Positions 51,478 to 61,612 are shown, counted from the stretch's first letter. The stretch: DNA of 64,000 bases from Thermoplasmatota archaeon (GCA_965234725.1 CBDDUX010000027.1:1-64000); one strand, 5' to 3'. Notes: generated from the sequence alone by a model not told the origin. Program-made: numbers and translations.

Positions 51478-54180
51478 ATGGAGTCGAGGAAGGGAACCTC
51501 TCTGTTTATTGTGGTATTACTATTGTCCTTTCCAATATTTCTTGATCAATTTCAGGGAAAGACCTCTGATAATCGTACCATCGAAACAGGGTATCATTCC
51601 AGTTATGAGATCGCATCCCTTTTGGAACAAGCTGCTCAGGGTCATCCGGATGTGGCAGAATATCAAACCGCTCAGGACCTTCTTGGAACAAGGGAGATCT
51701 TGGGAGATCGGGTAATACCTATATTATTCATCGGGGACAGATATGAGGAAAGACCATGGGTCATGCTTATAGGTGCTCATCATGGAGATGAACCGGATTC
51801 AGCTGAAGCGGTCCTTGCATTCTCCCTGCACCTTCTCGATTCATATGGATCACAGGACAGTAGAGCAATCGGAATGGTGGAAAATATCAACATTGCAATC
51901 CTTCCTGTTGTAAATCCATATGGCCTTGACATGCTTTCAAGGTTTGATGAGAACGGTGAAGACCCCAACAGGGACTATCCATTCGAGTATGCTGGAGTAA
52001 GCAGCAGCACTGATGGTATCCCTTTGACAACTGCCGGAGCATCTACCATTCATCATCTGGCCTCGATGTATCCCTTCTCAATAGCCATCTCCTTCCATTC
52101 AGGTTCCAAGGGGATATTCTACACCTGGGGCGCTCCAAATGTCGGAACGGAGACACCGGATGATGTTTCTTTTTCAATTATCGGTGAGGAGCTATCAAGG
52201 GCATCCGGTCAGAACCTGCAACATGGGTCTGCCAACGATTTCGGTTATGTGGCCAACCTGGAAGGCGCCTTTGACGACCATCTTTACGGTTCCATGTTCC
52301 TTGCGGACCATCTGTATTCCCCTTCTCTTCAGCTTCCTTGGTCCACCTTCGCCGCCACTGTTGAACTGGAATCCGTGAAAGGATATCATGAGGATAATCT
52401 GGGAGATACGGAAGGACTCTGGGATAGTCCGATTTCGGATGATGGTACTGTTCCCAGGGGGGTCAGGATGTGCTATTCAGCCTGTTTGATGGCATGTCCC
52501 AGACTTGAAGTGGAGAACTCCTATGATGAGGGAACACTCATGATCAATGCAACTATAGCAGGTGCGGTAGATCTTGAGGAGATAGAGCTTCTTGTAGATG
52601 GAGTAGAGGTCGTATCATCCTGGAGAAAGGATGATTACCTTCCCGTATGGGAAATGGAGGTCCGGATAGAGGGTGAACTCCTGCCGGGTTATCATACTGC
52701 ATCTCTTGCTGCGATTCCGGATGGGAGCTGGAATGATCTGAACGAGAATGGATATCCACTGATATCACCCCAATCACTGATCTCAAGGAGCAGGGATGAT
52801 GAGGTACTTGAATGGCATTCTGTCTTTGAGATAATGAACGGTTCAGTGAAAAAGTCTGATATCAATGGGTCGATCGTCTTCAGTGATGATGAACTTGTAT
52901 TCGAGGTTTCGGAGGATGGGTACCTTGAGATCAGCCTGGATTGGGGTGAAGATGTCCCAATAGAGCTGGTAATAATAATGGAGGTCCAGGAATGGATGAC
53001 GGTAAAGAGGTATTCTATCCAGAATATCGCAAAGGGAAACTTGTTCCTTCCATTCGATCTTGTTCCACTTGTAGGGATGGGAAATATCATCGTCAATCTG
53101 TCATTTCCCGGAGGAGATATCATTGAGGAAAGGAAAGCAACTATACTTCCAGGTGTCGAGATACTCTCCGTTGATCCGGTCCCCGGGATAATTGACAGGT
53201 GGAATGTAATGGTGGGTGTTTCCGGAGGATTAAGTCCCACGCCTATCATTTGGGGGGTGTCCAGGGAAATGGAGGAATCCTGGGATGCTCATGGATGGTC
53301 CATTCCTCCTCAGGTTGAGATATCCCCTGGTTACGGACCTATGATCATTGAGGTGGACCTTTCGGGGTTCCATGGCATACATTATTTCCGAGCGATTTCA
53401 GCTGATGCGTTGGAGCATTATCCATACCGTATGGATAAATACACTACCCTTTACCCTGAGGGCGGTCTCATCGTACCTGAGATACCATACAGTATCACCG
53501 GAGATCGGATTATACTGGGTCCCGGTCTGGTCGTTTCCAGGATGGATGGTCTCAGGTCCCTCGATCCCTATTCGAATGGTATAGTGTATGAGGTCAGTCT
53601 ATCCGGACCCGATGGGAACACTACATTGGTAAGACTCCAATGGAAGCAAGTATCATGGCTGGATGAAAAGGAACTGGAGCAGTTGGAGATCATTGCATCG
53701 TTGCAGGGATTCCGGATGAATGATATTTCCGGAGCTTTCTTCGGAGAAATGGAGGCTCCTGTCAAGGAAGGGGAGTACCGTTTGTTCATGAAAGTTTCAG
53801 GAACTGTAGAGATCGGGAGTGGTGAATATGAGGATTTCAATTTGGACGATCCAACAGGGTCGTTTATCATTGAGGAGGGAGTAGAAGATGAGGATGATGA
53901 TGGAAATGGCTTTCCCTGGGTCCTTTTCATATTCTTAGTGATGGTTGCGTGTGCAATACTGATAGTCACCTACTTCAGATACGATTCACATAGAGATGAA
54001 CCGGAACCGGAAGAAGAGGATGTTCCACTGACAAGAAGGGAATCATATTCTTCGGTCCAAAGGAGAAGAAGGGTAACAAGAGAAGTCCCTCCCACTTCAA
54101 ATAGGAACCTTCGGGCGGTCGAAGGGATTTCCGGAAGAAGTTCGGGAAGGCCACCCTGGAAGCAGGACCCTTTTAAGTAA
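51478..54180 (+). CDS. Membrane-anchored M14 zinc carboxypeptidase-domain protein
   Basis: Signal peptide; zinc motifs HHGDE, NPYG, NRD, SFH and catalytic TVEL; C-terminal TM with a basic tail. Confidence 0.85.
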   Translation: MESRKGTSLFIVVLLLSFPIFLDQFQGKTSDNRTIETGYHSSYEIASLLEQAAQGHPDVAEYQTAQDLLGTREILGDRVIPILFIGDRYEERPWVMLIGAHHGDEPDSAEAVLAFSLHLLDSYGSQDSRAIGMVENINIAILPVVNPYGLDMLSRFDENGEDPNRDYPFEYAGVSSSTDGIPLTTAGASTIHHLASMYPFSIAISFHSGSKGIFYTWGAPNVGTETPDDVSFSIIGEELSRASGQNLQHGSANDFGYVANLEGAFDDHLYGSMFLADHLYSPSLQLPWSTFAATVELESVKGYHEDNLGDTEGLWDSPISDDGTVPRGVRMCYSACLMACPRLEVENSYDEGTLMINATIAGAVDLEEIELLVDGVEVVSSWRKDDYLPVWEMEVRIEGELLPGYHTASLAAIPDGSWNDLNENGYPLISPQSLISRSRDDEVLEWHSVFEIMNGSVKKSDINGSIVFSDDELVFEVSEDGYLEISLDWGEDVPIELVIIMEVQEWMTVKRYSIQNIAKGNLFLPFDLVPLVGMGNIIVNLSFPGGDIIEERKATILPGVEILSVDPVPGIIDRWNVMVGVSGGLSPTPIIWGVSREMEESWDAHGWSIPPQVEISPGYGPMIIEVDLSGFHGIHYFRAISADALEHYPYRMDKYTTLYPEGGLIVPEIPYSITGDRIILGPGLVVSRMDGLRSLDPYSNGIVYEVSLSGPDGNTTLVRLQWKQVSWLDEKELEQLEIIASLQGFRMNDISGAFFGEMEAPVKEGEYRLFMKVSGTVEIGSGEYEDFNLDDPTGSFIIEEGVEDEDDDGNGFPWVLFIFLVMVACAILIVTYFRYDSHRDEPEPEEEDVPLTRRESYSSVQRRRRVTREVPPTSNRNLRAVEGISGRSSGRPPWKQDPFK

Positions 54181-54206
54181 ATCCTCGGACATTGGAGGTC
54201 GATAAC

Positions 54207-54872
54207 ATGGTAAGACTTTCACCATCAATTCTATCTGCAAATCAGTACAAACTTCAGATGGAGATCGAACAGGCTGTGAAGGCAGGCGTGGACATGCTAC
54301 ATGTTGATGTCATGGACGGTCACTTCGTCCCCAACATCACATTCGGACTGCCTCTTGTCAAGTGGCTCAGGAAAGAGACCGATCTGGAACTTGATGTCCA
54401 TTTGATGATCTCCGATCCGGATCTCTATGCCCCACAATTCGCTGAAGCGGGTGCGGATATTGTAACCGTACATGTGGAAGCCACTAATCATCTTGACAGG
54501 GTCCTCCAGTCGATAGAGGGATCCGGAGCCAAACCAGGGGTGACCCTTAATCCGGGAACCTCCCTCACTTCCCTCGAATGGGTCCTTGAAAAGGTCTATC
54601 TTGTTCTGATAATGAGCGTCAATCCCGGATTCGGTGGTCAGTCATTCATACCTTCTTCCATAAACAGGATCGAGAAGCTCAAGGAAATGATATCTGAAAA
54701 GGGGACCTCCACTTTGATAGAGGTCGATGGCGGGATATCCTCCAAGACCATAGGACCCGTTGTCAAGGCCGGTGCAAATATTACTGTTGCTGGATCCGAG
54801 ATCTTCTCCGCCAATAACAGGGATATCAGCGGCAACATCAAAAGGTTGATGGAAGCCTCGGAAGGTCTATGA
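54207..54872 (+). CDS. rpe: Ribulose-phosphate 3-epimerase
   Basis: Motifs SPSILSA, HVDVMDGHFVPNITFG, DVHLMI, MSVNPGFGGQ and IEVDGG. Confidence 0.97.
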   Translation: MVRLSPSILSANQYKLQMEIEQAVKAGVDMLHVDVMDGHFVPNITFGLPLVKWLRKETDLELDVHLMISDPDLYAPQFAEAGADIVTVHVEATNHLDRVLQSIEGSGAKPGVTLNPGTSLTSLEWVLEKVYLVLIMSVNPGFGGQSFIPSSINRIEKLKEMISEKGTSTLIEVDGGISSKTIGPVVKAGANITVAGSEIFSANNRDISGNIKRLMEASEGL

Positions 54873-54875
54873 CAT

Positions 54876-56489
54876 TCAGGCAAGATCGAACCCGTAGGCG
54901 TTGAATAGAGGGACGGTTGCACCTTCGATCACAGTTGTAGAGATCAGTGATCCGGAGGAACCATCCACCACTGCAAGGTACATCATTGAAGGGTCCTTTC
55001 TATCGACGCTGCTTGATATGAACAAATCCTGGACATGTGCTCTTTCAACACCCAGCATGTTCATGAAAAGGACCGAACCGATATCACAGCAAGCAGTCCC
55101 CCTCCTTATGATGTCAAGGCTGTAGGAGTTGGAATAACCATCACCTCTGAAGAATTGGTCGGAAAGGTCAGTATCCTCAATGACCTTCTCATTCTCCTCG
55201 AGTGTGATCATTTCCCTTGTCGGGTCCGGATGGATCGGACTGCTCCCTGTACTTTCTCCAATAAGATAGAACCGTCTTTGGTCCACCAGCAAACCACCTT
55301 CCACTCCGACCTCGAATTGCAATGTCTTTGAGATGCCATCGACTTGATCGGTGGAAAGTGTGATGTTCCATACCCATGAAGGTTCAACACCGTCCATCCT
55401 GTAATAGTCCGCCTCTATCAGGGAGAGGCCCTCCCATCCATTCCTGTTGACATATTCCTTGAGGTTTGATCCCTGTTCAAGACAGGTCTGAAGTGCTTCT
55501 TCAAGTACGGACCTGAACTTGGTTTCAGACCCTTCCCGGGGCAAAAGCAAGCTACCGGAAGATGAGGTGGGTGGGGATGGTCCGTAGGGGTAATAGATCA
55601 TAAATGGAAGGACCTCTCCTGTACCCATCGACCAGGATAGGAGTTCATCGATCATGATGACCTCCACCTGGGCCAGTCCATCATCGGTCCAGAACTGACC
55701 TGAAAGTTGCAATATAGTGGAAATGGGCCATGAGCTTCCCTCTTGGAATGAAAGCTCAAGGACAACGGAACCCGGCTCAGAGATCTCGGAACGCCCCTGG
55801 ATGTAAAGGATCCTTCCTTCCAATTCATCCTCGATCGAGGTGACCTCCCAGTTAAGTGTGATCTCTTCCCTGTTAATCCCCGCTTCCCGTAGATCAACAG
55901 GGATCGAGACATTCCCCTTAGAGGAAGTATTGAACCGACCATCCGTCGGGATCAGGGCCTTCCATATTAGGTCCATCCTGAGGCCCATGAACTGCTCCAC
56001 CCTGCTTTCTATGTCGGATGATGATCCGAACCCTTTGGGACGTGAAAAACTAACCTGGGAGGATACCTCCTCAACCGAGGGAAGTCCGATATCGTCCATA
56101 TTCGTTTTCCTTGTGTTGCTCATCTCTCCCTGAAAGGAGAGGTCCTGTGTATCGTTCCTAGAGTGGAGAAGTGAATAGGACCCGGAAAGCGACTTGGTGA
56201 GCGATCTCTGGGAGATTGTCCTGATAATAGTTCCCTCTTGGAGGAAGGACCCCTTCTCCGTTCCCATATCAACATCTACGGTCATATTATAGATAGAAGT
56301 AAAGGAGGACCCTTCCCTGAGGTTATCTACCTCGAACGATCCTTCCAAAAGATCATTTGAGTTGTTGGTATTATGGTCATCCAGTAGGGGGAGACGGACA
56401 CCATTGTTCACTAGCCCGTATCCAATATTCAGGACCATCGCCGAAGCGATCAGGGCGAACAACAGTTTCCTTCTGGGTTCCATGTTCAT
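54876..56489 (-). CDS. Exported/N-anchored hypothetical protein
   Basis: N-terminal basic plus hydrophobic segment; C-terminal AVVDGSSG motif shared with its neighbour. Confidence 0.65.
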   Translation of the reverse strand: MNMEPRRKLLFALIASAMVLNIGYGLVNNGVRLPLLDDHNTNNSNDLLEGSFEVDNLREGSSFTSIYNMTVDVDMGTEKGSFLQEGTIIRTISQRSLTKSLSGSYSLLHSRNDTQDLSFQGEMSNTRKTNMDDIGLPSVEEVSSQVSFSRPKGFGSSSDIESRVEQFMGLRMDLIWKALIPTDGRFNTSSKGNVSIPVDLREAGINREEITLNWEVTSIEDELEGRILYIQGRSEISEPGSVVLELSFQEGSSWPISTILQLSGQFWTDDGLAQVEVIMIDELLSWSMGTGEVLPFMIYYPYGPSPPTSSSGSLLLPREGSETKFRSVLEEALQTCLEQGSNLKEYVNRNGWEGLSLIEADYYRMDGVEPSWVWNITLSTDQVDGISKTLQFEVGVEGGLLVDQRRFYLIGESTGSSPIHPDPTREMITLEENEKVIEDTDLSDQFFRGDGYSNSYSLDIIRRGTACCDIGSVLFMNMLGVERAHVQDLFISSSVDRKDPSMMYLAVVDGSSGSLISTTVIEGATVPLFNAYGFDLA

Positions 56490-56502
56490 TCACAACCATT
56501 AA

Positions 56503-58305
56503 TCAGGCACCATTGAATATTTTAGAAAGCTGACTGCCCTCGACAGATGTAACATAAAGCATCTGTCCAGTATTTGCATCCACCGCAGCGGAGAATGTGC
56601 TTCCCGATTCCCAGACGTTGTCGTTCTGAATACCGAAAGCGGAATCAGCTGTGGGTGTGGATATGCCTGTTAACTGTTCAATGAGGATCAAACCAGGATT
56701 CTGATCCTGATTGACAGCAATTACACCGTATGAGTATCTGGCCCCTTCCTTGATCCTTCCGTTCTCAAAGGCATTGGCCTTCACATCCGGATCCAGTTTC
56801 ATGACCTTTTCGGAATGGGTGAGGGTCAATATCCTTGAATTGAGATGGAGGTTATCCTTCATCACACCGCTCCCCCATCTCGTTCTCAATCGGCCGAAAC
56901 GATCGTCGCCTTCATCCCTGGAAATGAACTTTGACACCGTAGTTCCCTGTCTGCTCTTGTCATCAGACCTGGCAACTTGGATCCTGTATCCCCAATCTGG
57001 CCAGTCATCATTAGTCTCATAATATTCTATCATCTCATCCAGGTCATAAGCATAGGAGAATGTTAGATTCCACCATTGTGTGGTATTCCTTCCCAGCAGG
57101 TCTTCTTTGGAAATATTGTAAACAGAATCTTGTATCATTACCTTACCCTTCGACTCGAACTCTGTCAGGTAAGAATTGAATTCTGGAGAGCTCTCTTTGG
57201 CAAATTCTATTGCATCTTCCTGTGTCCATCCGTTGAACGAGGACCTGTCAAGGTCAGATCCATCTGCTGGTCCGTATTCCCAGGATTCATATTCTCCGGC
57301 CGGGTGTGCGATGCTGTAATCCTCATGTCCGGAGCTTTCCCCCCAGGGAATCGGATTTTCCCCGGTTTGCAGGCCGAGGTCTCCATCTTTGATCTCTCTT
57401 CTGGTCTCCAATATCAGGTAGAATTCACCATCGTCCCAGTATGCACTGGTATTGGTCCTTGTTGTTCCCTTGAGGGGGAAGGGGGAATCTTCAGAGATAT
57501 AGAAATGCCTCTCGAAGAATAAGAAGTTCCAGATGTTGGATGTTACATTGATCTTGAAAGTATCATGGTCCTTAACCTTGTAAGCTCCATCCACCGTCCA
57601 GTTGTATATCCTGTCGTCCTCTTCATAGACCGGATCCCCTACATATGCGCCTTGGGAACTTAGTCTCAGGGTCCTGCCGTCTCCGTAAATTGACTCATCT
57701 ATTGTCTCGATCGGTTCATAGCTTGGAACCGGGTAGGTCTTGAGGTCGGCATTGTATTCAACATTGGCAGGAACGTCGCCAAAGGCGGTTCCAAGGTTCT
57801 CGATGGCTATCATGCCGGAATTCACCGCTTTCAAAGCGTGCTTGTCAAAAAGGTTATTGAACTCAGCCCTTTCGACATCAAGGTTGCCGGGTATGGTCAC
57901 CGGATCGGCGTCAGAACTCTCGATCTTCACCCTGAAGCTGGCTTTGGTCTCATATCCGAACCTGACAGCTTTCCTCTGTATACCGAATCCATCTTCTATG
58001 GTTGTGATCTCATCAACGTATTGAAGAAAACTGCCTTCTCCGGAGAAGGTATATCTCTCCCATTCACCGGAAGAATAATTCTCCGAATACATCTGTGCGA
58101 ACAGTTCGTAATCGTAAAGGACCTGGTCGTTGATCTTTATATCAGGAACGATCAAGGATTCAATATCCGAGACGATCTCCGTACCTCCATCTTGTGGGTC
58201 CCCGTTGGAACCATTTCCAAGATCATTCTGAGGCTCTGTTATAAAATAACCCCCCATACTCAACATAAGGGCCGTGATGGAAAGGGTCAGTAGAATTGGT
58301 CTCAT
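56503..58305 (-). CDS. Exported/N-anchored hypothetical protein, probable distant paralog of 54876-56489
   Basis: ATG 58305 after GGGTGA; signal anchor; WWNLTFS and AAVDANTG motifs. Confidence 0.65.
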   Translation of the reverse strand: MRPILLTLSITALMLSMGGYFITEPQNDLGNGSNGDPQDGGTEIVSDIESLIVPDIKINDQVLYDYELFAQMYSENYSSGEWERYTFSGEGSFLQYVDEITTIEDGFGIQRKAVRFGYETKASFRVKIESSDADPVTIPGNLDVERAEFNNLFDKHALKAVNSGMIAIENLGTAFGDVPANVEYNADLKTYPVPSYEPIETIDESIYGDGRTLRLSSQGAYVGDPVYEEDDRIYNWTVDGAYKVKDHDTFKINVTSNIWNFLFFERHFYISEDSPFPLKGTTRTNTSAYWDDGEFYLILETRREIKDGDLGLQTGENPIPWGESSGHEDYSIAHPAGEYESWEYGPADGSDLDRSSFNGWTQEDAIEFAKESSPEFNSYLTEFESKGKVMIQDSVYNISKEDLLGRNTTQWWNLTFSYAYDLDEMIEYYETNDDWPDWGYRIQVARSDDKSRQGTTVSKFISRDEGDDRFGRLRTRWGSGVMKDNLHLNSRILTLTHSEKVMKLDPDVKANAFENGRIKEGARYSYGVIAVNQDQNPGLILIEQLTGISTPTADSAFGIQNDNVWESGSTFSAAVDANTGQMLYVTSVEGSQLSKIFNGA

Positions 58306-58452
58306 ATTTTTCACCCGTACAAATACAAATGTGGCACTAGCATCTCCCTTTATGCCCTTCCTATTTAGGGATGGATATATTAAGGTTCTGGAAATAGAGA
58401 TAAAGGATAACAAATAATAACATACGAATCAAAGATGCGGAGTGGATCATAA

Positions 58453-59376
58453 ATGATTGAAAAAGAATTCGACCTGGTTATTATCGGAGGGGGCCCAGCT
58501 GGATTCACAGCAGGTATCTATGCGGGAAGGGCAGGACTGAAAACTGTGATCCTGGAGAAGCAGATGGCAGGCGGTCAGGTGATAATATCCCCCTTGATCG
58601 AGAACTGGCCCGGAGATAAGGAGATCTCCGGACCCGACCTTTCTATGAGGATGAGGGAGCATGCTGAAACCTACGTTGCAATAATGGAGTATTCTGAGGT
58701 CACGGCCATTAGAAAGGATGGTATGTTCTCTCTCGAAACACCTGAGGGCAATATCAAAGGAAAGGCAGTGGTCCTTGCCACTGGCGCAGAGCACAAGCAG
58801 CTTGGAGTAACCGGAGAGAAGGAACTGGGAGGAAAGGGAGTGAGCTATTGCGCCACCTGCGATGGGTTCTTTTTCAAGGGTAAGGATGTCGTGGTGGTAG
58901 GTGGAGGGTCAACGGCCCTCCTCTATGCTATCTATCTTCACAATATCGAATGCAGGGTCAAACTAGTTCATCGCAGGGGTGAGTTCAGAGGTGAGAAGGC
59001 ACTCCAGAACCAGGTAAAGGACCTGGGGATCGAAATGATAATGGATACGGTTGTGGAAGGGTTCAAAGGTACCGAGATGCTCGAGACTGTGGTTCTCAAG
59101 AACGTAAGGTCCGGTGAAGTCAAGGAGATACCTGTTTCCGGTGCTTTTATTGCAATCGGGGAGGTTCCTCAAACCCATCTTGGAGTCTCTTTAGGAGTGG
59201 AAATTAATGAGGAAGGTTTCATAGAAGTTGACAGGAACATGCGGACCAACGTTCCAGGATTCTATTCAGCTGGAGATATCACCGGTGGACTCAAACAGAT
59301 AGTGACTGCGACAAGTGAGGGTGCAATAGCGGCAACATCCGCATTCGAGGACCTTATGGAACCTATCTGGTTATAG
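58453..59376 (+). CDS. trxB: Thioredoxin-disulfide reductase
   Basis: Motifs IIGGGPAG, GKGVSYCATCDG, VVVGGG and TNVPG.YSAGD. Confidence 0.95.
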   Translation: MIEKEFDLVIIGGGPAGFTAGIYAGRAGLKTVILEKQMAGGQVIISPLIENWPGDKEISGPDLSMRMREHAETYVAIMEYSEVTAIRKDGMFSLETPEGNIKGKAVVLATGAEHKQLGVTGEKELGGKGVSYCATCDGFFFKGKDVVVVGGGSTALLYAIYLHNIECRVKLVHRRGEFRGEKALQNQVKDLGIEMIMDTVVEGFKGTEMLETVVLKNVRSGEVKEIPVSGAFIAIGEVPQTHLGVSLGVEINEEGFIEVDRNMRTNVPGFYSAGDITGGLKQIVTATSEGAIAATSAFEDLMEPIWL

Positions 59377-59386
59377 GAAAATGCTC

Positions 59387-59743
59387 TCAATCATCTCCCT
59401 CATCATCGTCCTTGTCATCCGTTACTTTCTCACCCTCTACCATCAGGCCTCCGAATGCCATCCGTTCAATGGTCTGGGCTACCCATAATCTCTGGGTATG
59501 ATAATCCACATCATCTCTCAGATGGAGTTCCGAATCTATTTGAACCCTAGCAAGATGGATCCTGGACTCCTTTAGGAGGGGATCCTCAATAATCCCTCCG
59601 ATCAATTTGTACATTTCCTTTGGTCTCTCCAGACACTGGGCAATGTCTTCCATGAATTTTGGAACCTTTTTTGGGGTCTGTCCCCCATAGAGGACATCAA
59701 GGGTTCTTGATTTCTTTTCATCTATTCTCGATGATGGGACCAT
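59387..59743 (-). CDS. Hypothetical protein
   Basis: 118-aa ORF with an SD-like GAGG and an acidic tail. Confidence 0.55.
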   Translation of the reverse strand: MVPSSRIDEKKSRTLDVLYGGQTPKKVPKFMEDIAQCLERPKEMYKLIGGIIEDPLLKESRIHLARVQIDSELHLRDDVDYHTQRLWVAQTIERMAFGGLMVEGEKVTDDKDDDEGDD

Positions 59744-59838
59744 CCTGTAACCTCTCGGCTTTATACGGTGGTCGATATTTTACCCTTGTCCTGCGTTGCT
59801 CCAGCAAACTGTAAATCAATAGATGACATTTCGGCAGT

Positions 59839-60483
59839 ATGCCCCATTTCATCATGGACCGTTACAAGGTGGATGTTGGAAAGATCGTTTGCGTGGTAAG
59901 TGATAACGGAGATGGTGTGTGTGATTTCTATCTCAAACCTCAGGGTTCTATCTCATCCGATGGATCGGATACCGTGATCCCCGATGGAGAAGATCGTCTG
60001 GCCTTCTCAATGATGCTTGGTATCGCCATCGGAGAGAGAACGATAGGAGATCCCCGAACCTTGATGAGGTCCATACTTGGAATGGGAGTGATGATAGACC
60101 ATCATCTGACAAAGGATAACAGGACCGAAATGTTAAAGCACCTCAGGGATCCAGTAATATCAGGAAGGGACGGTTTTTGTACCATTTCTGAATTCTTACC
60201 AATGAAGAAGATCGGTGACCCTTATGGATTGGAGGCATATCTCCAGGTCAACGAGGAGGAGAAACTGGAGATGTCAACCCGGGATATGATAACAACGATA
60301 GAGGACGCATTGGGTTCGATCGGCAGGCATATCACCCTGTTCCCCGGAGATCTGGTCGGTATATGGCTAGATGGTATCGATCGCCCTTCATTCCCCGGTG
60401 ACCTGATCGAAGGAGGGATATCCGGCCTATCCACTATCACTGCGAGGATCGTTGAAAAGGAGGCCGGTCCACCAAACCCTTGA
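59839..60483 (+). CDS. Fumarylacetoacetate-hydrolase-family protein, divergent
   Basis: GKIVCV, FYLKP, TLFPGDLV and PGDLIEGGISGL follow the FAH layout, but the metal ligands are not evident. Confidence 0.65.
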   Translation: MPHFIMDRYKVDVGKIVCVVSDNGDGVCDFYLKPQGSISSDGSDTVIPDGEDRLAFSMMLGIAIGERTIGDPRTLMRSILGMGVMIDHHLTKDNRTEMLKHLRDPVISGRDGFCTISEFLPMKKIGDPYGLEAYLQVNEEEKLEMSTRDMITTIEDALGSIGRHITLFPGDLVGIWLDGIDRPSFPGDLIEGGISGLSTITARIVEKEAGPPNP

Positions 60484-60718
60484 AATCTCTCAAGGGTCAA
60501 GGGATCATGAGAAAATTGTGGATGAGAAAAGCGAAATCCATTTATATCAAATTACCAGATTTTCCAATGGAGGATCCATATATTCCTGAAAGAGGATGGA
60601 ATTTGTATAGTTTAGTAGCATTTTTAAGGAAGATCCGATCATTACTCTATAATTCGTTGGGAATACTTTCTTTAATTATAAAGAGTAAAAATGTTATTTT
60701 TTCCACTGGAAAAGTATC

Positions 60719-60732
60719 ATAAATATTAAATA
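60719..60732 (+). promoter_or_regulatory. Archaeal TATA-like promoter for the large RNA candidate
   Basis: ATAAATATTAAATA lies about 25 nt before the first paired segment at 60756. Confidence 0.5.
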
Positions 60733-60755
60733 TTCCCTGTGTATATGGTGAATTT

Positions 60756-61612
60756 GCCCAGTAAAGGTCGCCTACCAACGGTCCACTTTGTCCGGATCGG
60801 TAGCGATCCCTGGCGCCACAAAGGGGATCTGAATGAACTTTCTCACGAAAGTCCGTTCAGTTTGGAAGTATAGTTCGGTTAGGGATTTGGGATTTCGGTC
60901 CTTTATCTTCTTCCTAAACTATCATTGGACCTGCCCCTTGTCCTGATCCGCACCTCCCAACAAGAAACCACCTTCGGGTCGTTGAAAGAAAGGTTATGCG
61001 GAAATGGTCCCTTCGGGGACCTTAAAAGGAGAAGGGACCTATCATACTTCGGTATGGCAGAAGGACAGGCAAGTCCAACCCTCCAAGACAGAACCCCTTT
61101 CCAAAGGAACCTTCCCCGGAAGGAACCCAAGGAGAGGAAAGATGTCATGGGAACCAGAAACCCCCTCTCCCTCTTTCGGGAGGAAGAGATGGGAAGAAAG
61201 GAACCCATTGGAGGTTTCCGATCCCAAGGGCCTTCGTCCTCGGATGAAGGAACAAAGGAGAAGAATGCCCGGGAAACAACCCAAATTTCCCAAAACCTTC
61301 TTCGGAAGGTCAAAGAAATAAAGGATGGATCCCACCCTATCGGAAAAGGCCGGCAACCATCTCCGGATGGAGGCCGATCTGGAACGAATAGGACTGGCAC
61401 ATTGGACGCGCTAGGACCTCATCCCTCGGGATAAAGGTCCGATACCCTTCGTAAAGGTTCCGGGTCCCCCTGGAGCCTTGAAAGAGGGTGATGGCCTCAA
61501 GGCTCAGTGGACTTCCTGGTCGTCGGTTCCCGACGATTTCCCGGGTTCCTCACGGAACCATGTCAGCGCCAAGGGACTGGGTTGGCAGGAGAAGGTAAAA
61601 CTTCTCCTGCCA
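60756..61612 (+). ncRNA. Putative large (~860 nt) highly structured non-coding RNA of unknown class
   Basis: End-to-end helices GCCCAGT/ACTGGGT and CCCTGGCGC/GCGCCAAGGG, many nested stems, multiple C(UUCG)G loops, A-rich linkers and a terminal 12-bp hairpin. Confidence 0.75.

Noticed and set aside
60480-60722. 80-aa ORF after the FAH-like gene
   Set aside because: AT-rich with no motif, and it runs into the putative promoter; probably intergenic.
60903-61434. ORFs 60925-61434 (+), 60903-61400 (-), 61004-61321 (+) and 61042-61356 (-)
   Set aside because: They have no SD, low-complexity R/G/P/K translations and no recognisable motifs. Open frames on both strands are expected in GC-rich self-complementary sequence, and the pairing pattern explains the region better.
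60756-61612. Identification as RNase P RNA, SRP RNA, tmRNA, rRNA or a group I/II intron
   Set aside because: GAGGAAAG at ~61133 is not followed by UCC and no CR-V partner is seen. CCGGAAGG at ~61116 lacks the SRP helix-8 internal loop. There are no tRNA-like ends. The GAGCC hairpin at 61473 has the wrong bulge and loop for group II domain V, and there is no interrupted host gene. Judged by eye only.
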